DNA from: Candidatus Latescibacterota bacterium
GTDB taxonomy: Bacteria; Krumholzibacteriota; Krumholzibacteriia; WVZY01
Assembly (NCBI GenBank): GCA_020352495.1
Contig: CP070677.1
Location: 2,577,501 to 2,641,500 of the forward strand
Length of the DNA stretch: 64,000 nucleotides
Direction: 5' to 3'
Shown here: positions 48,913 through 57,397 of the stretch, piece by piece
Layout: the number at the start of each line of letters is the position of its first letter
How positions within the stretch are numbered: position 1 is the stretch's first letter
Program-made: the position numbers and the translations under genes
Notes under the pieces: generated by a model
What the model saw: the letters and a program-made list of their open reading frames with translations, nothing else
What the model was told of the DNA's origin: nothing
The model's database searches: none

Positions 48913-49614
48913 CTACCAAGGGTTTGTGGCCCAAACCGAGAACTCCGGCACAAAGCCACGATCGTCCATTTCGAGAACGGATTTTATAGCGTAGGCGATC
49001 TCTAACGATCGCAGTTTGTTTGGCGGCGCGGTGCGTTCAACTCGATCTGGGCTCCCGATCGCCGTCGCCACTTCGCTTGGATTGATCAGAAACACGCGGA
49101 TATTGTGTTTTCGAAGCTCGGCCTGCCAACACATCGTCATCCCCCGGAGGGCGAATTTGCTCGCCGCGTACACCGTGCCTCTCTCGTAACCCTTGAGTCC
49201 CGCCGTTGAGCCGACGTTTACGATGTGACCCCGGTTTTGTTTTTTGAATATCTTCACCGCTTCGGCGGTCATTAATGCCGCGCCAAACACATTGGTTCTG
49301 AAAACCGTCTCCAGATCATCAAGTGTGACATCCTCCGCGTAGCGAGGAAGACCTATGCCCGCATTATTGACAAGACACTCCAGCCCACCGAATTCGTCAA
49401 GAAATCGTTTGTAGGTTTCCCCGACATCCTTGGGATCACCGACGTCAGCGACAATTGGATACGATCCCGTCTCGGTGGCAGCCCGCTCGAGTCGTCTCGA
49501 GTCCCGCCCCGTGATCCCGACCTTGGCACCTCCCTCCACAAACAACTTCGCCGTTGCCTTGCCGATCCCCAGACTACCGCCGGTGATGAGAATCCTCGAG
49601 GCGTCGAGCTTCAT
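48913..49614 (-). CDS. SDR-family oxidoreductase
   Basis: TGGSLGIG, NNAGIG, YAASK. Confidence 0.92.
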   Translation of the reverse strand: MKLDASRILITGGSLGIGKATAKLFVEGGAKVGITGRDSRRLERAATETGSYPIVADVGDPKDVGETYKRFLDEFGGLECLVNNAGIGLPRYAEDVTLDDLETVFRTNVFGAALMTAEAVKIFKKQNRGHIVNVGSTAGLKGYERGTVYAASKFALRGMTMCWQAELRKHNIRVFLINPSEVATAIGSPDRVERTAPPNKLRSLEIAYAIKSVLEMDDRGFVPEFSVWATNPW

Positions 49615-49834
49615 TGATATTCCTTTCGTGCTATCCCCCAAGCTACCGCAGAGTTCCGGTTCTCAAACGGTCCGACAGCCCTCAAGACCAGACGCACCCG
49701 TTCCCATGAACCCACTGCGCGCAACCGCCCGCGCGTTGCCGTCGAGATTCCGATAGTCTACCACGTCCCGCGCCCCAGCGCCCGTCTCCTCATGGACGGA
49801 AAACCGGCACCGGGCGTCGAGTCACGGGGTCAAT

Positions 49835-49869
49835 AACCGGTTGACAGCCGGTTGCAGGCGACATAACCT
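49835..49869 (+). promoter_or_regulatory. Candidate kinase promoter with a palindrome over the -35
   Basis: TTGACA(49841)-17 nt-TAACCT; AACCGGTTG-A-CAGCCGGTT dyad with one mismatch. Confidence 0.5.
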
Positions 49870-50066
49870 ATTTGATAGCTGGTGTTTGTTCCTGAACCGA
49901 TACCCTGGTGTGCCGGTATCGGACAGTGACTGTCTAATTCGGTTGACACTGCGGAGTTCGGATTATCCGCTACGCGACCGGGCAAGATCATTTGCCGCAT
50001 GCGAGTGGACGCAATCCGTGGCCCGTGTGTCGGATGTTTCTCACCCCGTCTACCGGGGGGGACGCG

Positions 50067-52655
50067 GTGATCGGCCAGAAGATATCCCACTATCGTATTA
50101 CCGAGCGCGTAAGCGAGGGTGGAATGGGGACGGTTTACAAGGCGCTCGATCTTACTCTCGAACGTACCGTCGCCGTCAAAGTAATAACCCCCTCCCATCG
50201 AGATCCCCGGATCGCCAATCAACGGTTTATCCGGGAGGCTCAAGCCGTCGCCCGCATCGATCACCCCAATGTTGTCACGTTCTACGACGTCGTCCAAAAA
50301 GGTGACGCCAACTTCCTCGTCATGCAGTTTGTGACCGGGGTATCTCTGCGGGAGAAGCTCCGAGAGGGCCCTCTCGAGATGTCCGAAGCGTTCCAGTTTG
50401 GCTGTGAGATCGCCTCCGGGCTCCAGGCCGCCCACGAGATTGGTGTGGTACACCGGGATATCAAACCTGAGAACGTCATGGTGGATTCGAACGGCCATGC
50501 AAAAGTGCTCGACTTCGGTGTTGCACATCTTGTCGATCGCTCGACACTAACCGGCAAAGGAAGAAGAATAATAGGAACGCTTCCCTACATGGCCCCCGAA
50601 CAGATTCAGGGTCACCCCGTTGATTCGAGGGTCGACGTCTACTCACTCGGTGCGGTGATCTTCGAGATGATCACGGGAAAACTCCCGTTCGAAAGCAAGG
50701 AAGAGGCGGCGCTTTTTTACCAGATTCTCAACGAGGATCCCCCCGCGCTCGCGTCGGTGATACCGGACGTGCCCGACGGTGTTGATGATATCCTCGCAAA
50801 GGCGTTGGCCAAGAGACCCGACCGGAGGTACCAGACCGTCGCCGAAATGCTACACGATCTCGAGGTAGCACGCTCCAAAATCGAGTCTCCCCCGCCTGTC
50901 GGGGAACGGCTCTACGCCCGTTCCAGAAAGCGACGTCGCAGGCTCATTCTAGCCGTTGTCATCCCGATGATACTCTTGGGTATCGCAGCGGTGCTGATCA
51001 CCCGACCCGAGTGGATACCCGGATGGCCTTCGGAACCACCACCCGAGGTGACGACACCGGTGCTCGAGAAAAAACACCTCGCCGTCCTCCCGTTCGCCAA
51101 TGTGGGAGGGGACCCTGCCAACAAGCCACTTTGTGACGGCTTGGTAGAGGTGCTCACCACGATGATAACCGGCATGGAACAGTTTCAAGAGGCCCTGTGG
51201 GTCGTCCCCGCCAGCGAGGTTCGACGTGGAGAAGTCGAGAGTGTTGCCGATGCCCAGGGAACATTTGGTGTGAATCTCGTCATTACGGGGAGCGTACAGC
51301 GGTTCGCCGATGGGATCCGCTTGACGCTCAACCTCGTCGACGCAGTCACTCAAAGACAAATTCGCTCGACGATGATCGAGAGCCGGAGAATCCACGTTTC
51401 GAGCCTTCAAGATGAGACTGTGGTAAAGGTAGCGGAAATGTTGAACGTCGAACTCGAGCCCCAAGATCGCCGACTTCTGACGGCGGGGAGCACGAGGGTG
51501 CCGGGCGCTTACGAATACTACGTCCAGGGATTGGGGTACCTCCAACGCTACGAGACGGCGGGCAACATCGACCACGCGATTCGACTCTTCGAACAGGCCA
51601 TCGCCCACGATACCCGGTACGCCCTTGCCTACGCGGGGTTGGGAGAAGCCGCCTGGCAGATGTACGACCAGACCAAGAATCCGAAATGGGTCGAGAAGGC
51701 CCAGTCGTACTGCAATCAGGCAGCGAGGATAGACGACAATCTGGCCCCGGTCCACGCAACGCTGGGAATCATCCACCGTGGACAGGGGCGCTACGATGAC
51801 GCCGTGCGAGAGTTTCAACGGGCCCTCACAATCGATCCCGCCAATGCCGATGCGTACCGGGGTCTCGCCCTCACATATCAGGAAGGCGGACAACTGGACA
51901 AGGCCGAGTCGACGTATCAGAAGGCGATCGAACTGAGACCCGGATATTGGGGCGGTTACAGTCACCTGGGGTATTTTTATCTTGGAACCGGGGACTTCGA
52001 GAAGGCCGAAACGATGTACAAAAAGGTGATCGAGCTGACACCCGATAACATACGCGGCTACAATATGCTGATCGTCGTCTACTTCTACCTCGGTGACGTG
52101 ATATCGGCAGAGGCGATGTACAAAAAGTCGATCGCCATAAAACCCAGCGCCGTCGCCCATACCAATATGGCTGCCGTTTATATCTATCTCAAACGCTACG
52201 ACGATGCGATACCCGTTCTCGAGGGAGCAACCCAGCTGGGTGTCGAAGACCCAATCATTTGGGGAAATCTTGCCGACGCCTATCGGTATTCATCTGCGAA
52301 CGATGACAAGGCCGTTGAGACATACCGACGGGCGATCCGCTTGTGCGAGGCCCAGCTCGAAGTGAATCCGAACAGTGCCACACAACTCGCATTACAGGCG
52401 CTTTTCTATGCGAAAACGGGGGACATTGAAAAAGCGCTCGAACTGATACGCAAGGCTCTCGATCTCCAGCCCGACGATTGGATGATTTTGATCTGGAAAG
52501 CGATTATCCTCGAGCTCTCCGGCGATCGCGATGCCGCGCTCGACGCTCTCAGAGATGCCCTTGAACACGGAGCTCCTCTCGAAGCCATCGAGGATGAGCC
52601 CGAATTCGAAGATCTTCGCAAGGATCCGCGTTACAAAGAGCTAATCGAACAGTAG
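50067..52655 (+). CDS. Hanks-type Ser/Thr protein kinase with TM helix, TolB_N-like domain and TPR array
   Basis: EGGMGTVYKA, VAVK, HRDIKPEN, DFG, YMAPE; RRRR followed by a hydrophobic helix; LAVLPFANVGGD; many TPRs; GTG start after a G-rich RBS. Confidence 0.95.
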   Translation: MIGQKISHYRITERVSEGGMGTVYKALDLTLERTVAVKVITPSHRDPRIANQRFIREAQAVARIDHPNVVTFYDVVQKGDANFLVMQFVTGVSLREKLREGPLEMSEAFQFGCEIASGLQAAHEIGVVHRDIKPENVMVDSNGHAKVLDFGVAHLVDRSTLTGKGRRIIGTLPYMAPEQIQGHPVDSRVDVYSLGAVIFEMITGKLPFESKEEAALFYQILNEDPPALASVIPDVPDGVDDILAKALAKRPDRRYQTVAEMLHDLEVARSKIESPPPVGERLYARSRKRRRRLILAVVIPMILLGIAAVLITRPEWIPGWPSEPPPEVTTPVLEKKHLAVLPFANVGGDPANKPLCDGLVEVLTTMITGMEQFQEALWVVPASEVRRGEVESVADAQGTFGVNLVITGSVQRFADGIRLTLNLVDAVTQRQIRSTMIESRRIHVSSLQDETVVKVAEMLNVELEPQDRRLLTAGSTRVPGAYEYYVQGLGYLQRYETAGNIDHAIRLFEQAIAHDTRYALAYAGLGEAAWQMYDQTKNPKWVEKAQSYCNQAARIDDNLAPVHATLGIIHRGQGRYDDAVREFQRALTIDPANADAYRGLALTYQEGGQLDKAESTYQKAIELRPGYWGGYSHLGYFYLGTGDFEKAETMYKKVIELTPDNIRGYNMLIVVYFYLGDVISAEAMYKKSIAIKPSAVAHTNMAAVYIYLKRYDDAIPVLEGATQLGVEDPIIWGNLADAYRYSSANDDKAVETYRRAIRLCEAQLEVNPNSATQLALQALFYAKTGDIEKALELIRKALDLQPDDWMILIWKAIILELSGDRDAALDALRDALEHGAPLEAIEDEPEFEDLRKDPRYKELIEQ

Positions 52656-52695
52656 GCTTCCCAACACGGCTCTCGATTGCATCCTACTCCGCCAC

Positions 52696-52725
52696 TTGTA
52701 AACTATCCAGTAAATATGATATACT
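52696..52725 (+). promoter_or_regulatory. Sigma70 promoter of small gene copy 1
   Basis: TTGTAA-18 nt-TATACT with TG extension; aligns with the copy 2 promoter. Confidence 0.72.
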
Positions 52726-52845
52726 GTGAGCCTCCCAAGGATGTAGGTGCAGCGTAACTACGTCTCAGGAAAAAGCAGGGCCCGCATCAAGGCAACCGCA
52801 GTTAGGTGGGTTATTGGTGAGGTGTCAGCAATAAGGAGGTTGGTC

Positions 52846-53148
52846 ATGTCGGCCGCAGTAAAAGTCGGTTGTGTGAACGGCGATTTCTCTTATTCGGACC
52901 AGCTCTGCGAGCTCAAGAGAGGAGACGTCGTCGAGATCACTTCCGAACAAGGCTACCCTATCGCCGTACATATCGGGTGGAAAACGCCGTTCAACAAGGG
53001 CCGCGACCGTGCCCCGGCGGGTGAGAAAATCGAACTCACAGTCCTAAGCGACGCAATACCCGGCGAATACAAATACCTCGTGGCGGTCTACGAGCCTAAG
53101 AAAGACAAAATCTGGACCGATGACCCGTACTTCATCATCAAACCCTGA
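52846..53148 (+). CDS. 100-aa beta-rich protein with PGEYKY...WTDDPYFIIKP tail (copy 1)
   Basis: TAAGGAGGT RBS; about 68/100 residues identical to copy 2 by hand alignment. Confidence 0.9.
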   Translation: MSAAVKVGCVNGDFSYSDQLCELKRGDVVEITSEQGYPIAVHIGWKTPFNKGRDRAPAGEKIELTVLSDAIPGEYKYLVAVYEPKKDKIWTDDPYFIIKP

Positions 53149-53394
53149 GCCGGCCATTATCTCGCTCGTGGCTTGGGATAAAAATCGAGTCATCTCCATT
53201 TGACTCCAAATGCTGAAGGGGCAATAAGGCGTCCGCTCTCGTCGTAATGAGAGACGCTAACGCGTAAGGAGCCCTTTTTGTTACCAAAGACGAGCAGCAG
53301 CCCGAACACATGGATCAGGATCTTCGGTGCGAGGAACTGCCCCCACGGCAGGCCACGTCACGGGCGTCCCATCTCCGCTCCAGACTCACCCCCC

Positions 53395-53424
53395 TTGTGA
53401 GCTATCCACCAAATATGGTATAAT
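53395..53424 (+). promoter_or_regulatory. Sigma70 promoter of small gene copy 2
   Basis: TTGTGA-18 nt-TATAAT with TG extension. Confidence 0.75.
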
Positions 53425-53536
53425 TTAGCTCCCCTCACGATACAGGTGCAGCGTAGATACGCCTCAAAAAGACCGGATCACACGGCCACCGCCTTACCAG
53501 CGCCGGCGCGAGGCGTCAGCCCAAAGGAGGTTCGTC

Positions 53537-53839
53537 ATGCCCGAAGTGAAGATCAGTTGTGTCGACGGCGATTTTTCCTACTCGGACCAAGCCTGCTACA
53601 TCGAGAGGAAACACAAGACCGTCCAAATCAGGTGCGAACAGGGTTACCCGTTCGCCGTACACATCGGGTGGAACACACCGTTCGAAAAGGGCCGTGATCG
53701 CGCCAAAGGTGGTGAGACGATATACCTCCATCTCAAGAAAGACGCCCTACCCGGCGAATACAAGTACCTTGTGGCGGTCTACGACCCAAAGACAGAAGAG
53801 ATCTGGACTGACGACCCGTATTTCATCATCAAACCCTGA
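53537..53839 (+). CDS. 100-aa beta-rich protein with PGEYKY...WTDDPYFIIKP tail (copy 2)
   Basis: AAAGGAGGT RBS; paralog of 52846-53148. Confidence 0.9.
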   Translation: MPEVKISCVDGDFSYSDQACYIERKHKTVQIRCEQGYPFAVHIGWNTPFEKGRDRAKGGETIYLHLKKDALPGEYKYLVAVYDPKTEEIWTDDPYFIIKP

Positions 53840-53934
53840 CTTGCCGTCTCCCCCCGCAGATACTGGGTAGGCTCTCGTTAGCTCCGAGCCGACCGGTGTT
53901 TGCGTTACTTCCGGTTTGGACAGAAGATTGAGAC

Positions 53935-53989
53935 TTGACATTTTGTTGGAGTTGATATATCATAATGATATATTACCGAATGATATACT
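53935..53989 (+). promoter_or_regulatory. padR promoter with an overlapping palindromic operator
   Basis: TTGACA-17 nt-TATCAT; ATATATCA-TAA-TGATATAT (53955-53973); three TGATATA copies in total. Confidence 0.7.
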
Positions 53990-53990
53990 T

Positions 53991-54563
53991 ATGAAAAGCA
54001 AGACGACCACCAGATACGCGATCCTCGGGCTCTTGAGCATCCAACCGATGTCCGGATACGACATGAAGCAGTTCGTGGATATGGCATTCAAACACTTTTG
54101 GTCCGAGAGCTACGGTCGGCTCTATCCTACGCTACGGCAGCTCGAGACGGAAGGTCTTCTCAAATCGAGGGTGTATCGACAACGCGGTCGACCGGACCGG
54201 CGCGTCCACACGATCACCGACAAAGGACGCCGTGAACTGACCGAGTGGCTCGAACAACCCGCATCGCTGCCCCGTGTCCGAAGCGATCTACTGCTCAAGC
54301 TATTCTTCGGACACAACGTCCCCGTTCCATCCAGTATCGAACAAATCCGCCGGCAACGCGAAGTCCTGGAGACGGTCCTCAAGACCCTACAGTCTTATCG
54401 TCCCGCCGTGGACGAGGGGGGTCTCTCCGGTGATCAGCGTATGTTTTTCCTTCTCACCATCCGAAATGGAGAGCTGGTCAACAAGGCACGAATCAAGTGG
54501 TGTGACGAGGCGATCAAGATCCTGAGCAAACACGTGTCATCGAACGAGGAGACTCCATCATGA
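53991..54563 (+). CDS. PadR-family transcriptional regulator (AphA-type C-terminal domain)
   Basis: ILGLLSIQPMSGYDMK, FWSESYGRLYPTLRQLE, HTITDKGR..L..WL, LLLKLFF. Confidence 0.92.
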   Translation: MKSKTTTRYAILGLLSIQPMSGYDMKQFVDMAFKHFWSESYGRLYPTLRQLETEGLLKSRVYRQRGRPDRRVHTITDKGRRELTEWLEQPASLPRVRSDLLLKLFFGHNVPVPSSIEQIRRQREVLETVLKTLQSYRPAVDEGGLSGDQRMFFLLTIRNGELVNKARIKWCDEAIKILSKHVSSNEETPS

Positions 54564-56272
54564 AACTCCGAGCCGCTGGGCGTTGCTCCCGAATATCTGT
54601 TTTCGTCGTCTGTCTTTTGTGTCCGATCGATGCCCCCGGGCAACCGCGGTTCGCGAAGACTGACACCCGCGTCCCCATGTCAGACGGCACCCAGTTGGCG
54701 TCCGACCTCTATCTGCCCGAGAGCGGCGCACCTTTCCCCACGATTGTAATACGAACGCCCTATGGTAAGGACCAAATGAAAGTCTTTGCGGAGTTCTTTG
54801 CCACCAACGGATACGCCGTCGTTGTCCAGGATGTCCGTGGGAAGTGGGCGTCGGAGGGAGAAATCGTCCCCTTTGTCGACGAACAGCAGGACGGTGTCGA
54901 AACGCTCGACTGGATCGTGGAACAAGAATGGAGCAACGGCGACATCGGAATGTGGGGATCGTCATATCTGTCGTACTGCGCCTTGACCGTGGCCGAAGCG
55001 CAACATCCGGCGCTCAAAACGATCTTTAGCAACTCCGGTTGGCTCAACGGTGACAAAATCAACTCGCCCGGAGGCGCCCTCCACTGGATGTTGATGCTCC
55101 CCTGGACATTACACGAAGCTACGCTCAAGACGCGGTCGCTTCAGAACTACGATTTGGACGAGCTTTTCAGACATGTTCCTCTCAAAGATGTGATGGCATC
55201 GGTCGGAATCAACGACCCCGTCTGGGAGAACCCGGATACGCTTTCCGTAATGGACGTGTACGATTGCTCGGACATAAAAATCCCGATCTTTCACCTCACG
55301 GGGTGGTATGATTTTGTGCACCCGTCGGCGCTCTTCGTATACGAGACGGTGAGAGCAGCGACGTCACATCCCCAAAGGCTCCTGGTGGGCCCGTGGGTGC
55401 ACGACCAGCTGTGGACACCCTACACACAGGTCGGTGACCAGGATCTAGGAGACGAATCGGTAATGGGGATCGAACAACTCAACGGTCTCGCCCTTACGTG
55501 GTTCGACCATTGGCTCAAAGGCGCCGGGGACGAAGTGATGACCGAACCACCGATCAAACTGTTTGTGCTCGGCGAAAACAAATGGCACACATTCGAAGAG
55601 TGGCCTCCACGGAACGTCAGTTACGAGCCGTGGTTTCTAACGAGCGGCGGCAATGCAAACACGCGACACGGCGACGGCGAGCTAATCGCCAAACCATCCG
55701 ACGAAACGCCCGGCCTCGACACGTTTGTTTTTGACCCGATGGACCCCGTGCCTACCACGGGCGGCGCAAACTTTCACTTCTTCCCCGACAGGCTTGGCAT
55801 CAGGGACCAACGCGAAGTCGAAGATCGCGATGACGTGCTCGTATACACTTCGGCACCGGTCACAGAGGAGCTCCTCGTCATCGGGCCCGTCACCGCGGTG
55901 ATCCACGTCTCAACCGATGGAAAGGACACCGACTTCACGGCCAAACTCGTCGAGATCCGCGAGGACGGATATGCCGCCAATATCGTCGAAGGAATCATCC
56001 GGGCGAGCTTTCGCAACTCCCGCGATCAGGCGGATCTTTTGGAGCCGGGACGGATCTACGAGCTAAAGATCGATCTTGGCGCAACGGCGTTGGCCATCAA
56101 ACCGAATCATCGAATCCGTCTCGAGATCTCGAGCAGCAATTTCCCAAAATATGACCGAAACCCAAACACGGGGGAGCATCCCTGGACCGCCGTCGAGTAT
56201 AGAGCGGCAAAACAGACCGTTTACCATGGTAGCGAACACCCGTCGCGGGTCGTTCTCCCCGTCGTGAAATGA
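54560..56272 (+). CDS. CocE/NonD-family serine hydrolase
   Basis: MSDGTQLASDLY.P, IRTPY, QDVRG...SEG, GSSY, GWYD, GPWVH, SSSNFPKYDRNPNTG. Confidence 0.93.
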   Translation: MKLRAAGRCSRISVFVVCLLCPIDAPGQPRFAKTDTRVPMSDGTQLASDLYLPESGAPFPTIVIRTPYGKDQMKVFAEFFATNGYAVVVQDVRGKWASEGEIVPFVDEQQDGVETLDWIVEQEWSNGDIGMWGSSYLSYCALTVAEAQHPALKTIFSNSGWLNGDKINSPGGALHWMLMLPWTLHEATLKTRSLQNYDLDELFRHVPLKDVMASVGINDPVWENPDTLSVMDVYDCSDIKIPIFHLTGWYDFVHPSALFVYETVRAATSHPQRLLVGPWVHDQLWTPYTQVGDQDLGDESVMGIEQLNGLALTWFDHWLKGAGDEVMTEPPIKLFVLGENKWHTFEEWPPRNVSYEPWFLTSGGNANTRHGDGELIAKPSDETPGLDTFVFDPMDPVPTTGGANFHFFPDRLGIRDQREVEDRDDVLVYTSAPVTEELLVIGPVTAVIHVSTDGKDTDFTAKLVEIREDGYAANIVEGIIRASFRNSRDQADLLEPGRIYELKIDLGATALAIKPNHRIRLEISSSNFPKYDRNPNTGEHPWTAVEYRAAKQTVYHGSEHPSRVVLPVVK

Positions 56273-56327
56273 CGGGATTGACCCACGGGAACAAAGTCGA
56301 AATTTCGCACAAAAGGAGGTGCGTCGA

Positions 56328-57314
56328 ATGAATCCGAACCGACTCATGGGGTTACTTATTGTTGTCACCGTTGTTGCGATGTCTCTCTCGTGTGCCAAAC
56401 GTCCCACAATCGGCCCGCTGGAGAGAGGAATCGAGCATTTCGAGAACCAAGACTACGCAGCCGCCAAAGAGGCGTTCGATCTCGCGTTCGAACAGGAGCC
56501 CGAGAACCCGGCGATACCGTACTACCTCGGCCAGATCGCCCTCCGAGATGGTGACAACGACAAGGCGATCGAGCTTCTCGAGAAGGCCGTTTCGATGGAC
56601 GAGACGAACCCTGGTTATCACCTCGTTTTGGGACAGGCGTACGTACAGAAACTGCAAACGGTCACGATGTTCGAAAAGGCCACATTTGCCGCCAAGGTCA
56701 AAGGAGAGTTTGAGAAAGCTGTCGAGGTGGATCCCGAACATGTGGGTGCCCGGGTGGCCCTCGCGAGCTTTTATCTACAGGCGCCCCCGATCGCGGGTGG
56801 TAGTGTCAAAAAAGCCAAGGAACACGCCGAAGTGATAAAAAACCTCGATCCCACACAGGGGCACGGATTCATGGCTCAAATATATGTGAAAGAGAAAGAC
56901 TACGCCGCAGCGGAAATAGAGTACGAGGCGCTTGTGGCGCTTTCACCGGATGATCCCGATATCCACTATCAACTCGGTATGCTCCATCAATCGACCGAGG
57001 ATTTCGACAAGGCTTTTGCCGCATTCGAGAAAGCCCTCTCCCTCGACCCGGACCACACCGCCTCGCTATACCAGATGGGACGCACGGGTGTGTTCTCCGG
57101 CGAGAACCTCGAACGGTGCATCGAGTGCATGAAGACCTATTTGGGGAAAGAACTGCACCCGGGCAACCCCTCCAAGGCCGCGGCGCATTGGCGGCTTGGG
57201 ATGTTGTACGAAAAGATGGGAGACAAAGACCTCGCCAGGAAAGAATACGAGACGGCGCTCGAGTTAGAACCCGAAAACGAGGAGGCAAAGAAGTCACTCG
57301 AAGCCCTCGAGTGA
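56328..57314 (+). CDS. TPR-repeat lipoprotein
   Basis: AAGGAGGT RBS; lipobox LSC; multiple TPRs; APPIAGGS motif. Confidence 0.85.
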   Translation: MNPNRLMGLLIVVTVVAMSLSCAKRPTIGPLERGIEHFENQDYAAAKEAFDLAFEQEPENPAIPYYLGQIALRDGDNDKAIELLEKAVSMDETNPGYHLVLGQAYVQKLQTVTMFEKATFAAKVKGEFEKAVEVDPEHVGARVALASFYLQAPPIAGGSVKKAKEHAEVIKNLDPTQGHGFMAQIYVKEKDYAAAEIEYEALVALSPDDPDIHYQLGMLHQSTEDFDKAFAAFEKALSLDPDHTASLYQMGRTGVFSGENLERCIECMKTYLGKELHPGNPSKAAAHWRLGMLYEKMGDKDLARKEYETALELEPENEEAKKSLEALE

Positions 57315-57354
57315 TCCGTGCTTCATCCTTATCTTGTACGTTGCGATTCCAAAC

Positions 57355-57389
57355 GTCGGGACGGGGTGCACTGAGTACCCCGTCCCGAC
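57355..57389. terminator. Hairpin between convergent genes (possible bidirectional terminator)
   Basis: GTCGGGACGGGGT/ACCCCGTCCCGAC 13-bp arms. Confidence 0.65.
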
Positions 57390-57397
57390 CCATTCAT

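Noticed and set aside
50949..52160. 403-aa antisense ORF inside the kinase TPR region
   Set aside because: Shadow ORF fully overlapping a well-supported gene
52744..52780. Glycine-riboswitch-like words (AGGUGCA...UCUCAGG.AAAAG)
   Set aside because: Lacks GGAGA and CCGAAG, and copy 2 loses CUCAGG
52747..52845. Leader peptide or N-terminal extension (MQRNYVS / MQRRYAS) of the twin genes
   Set aside because: In frame in copy 1 but out of frame in copy 2; strong SDs sit at the downstream ATGs, so the conservation is better explained at nucleotide level
53216..53286. c-di-GMP-I-like words (GGCAA...GACGC.AA...GUUACC)
   Set aside because: No GNRA tetraloop/receptor pair or proper P3, and it lies upstream of the copy 2 promoter
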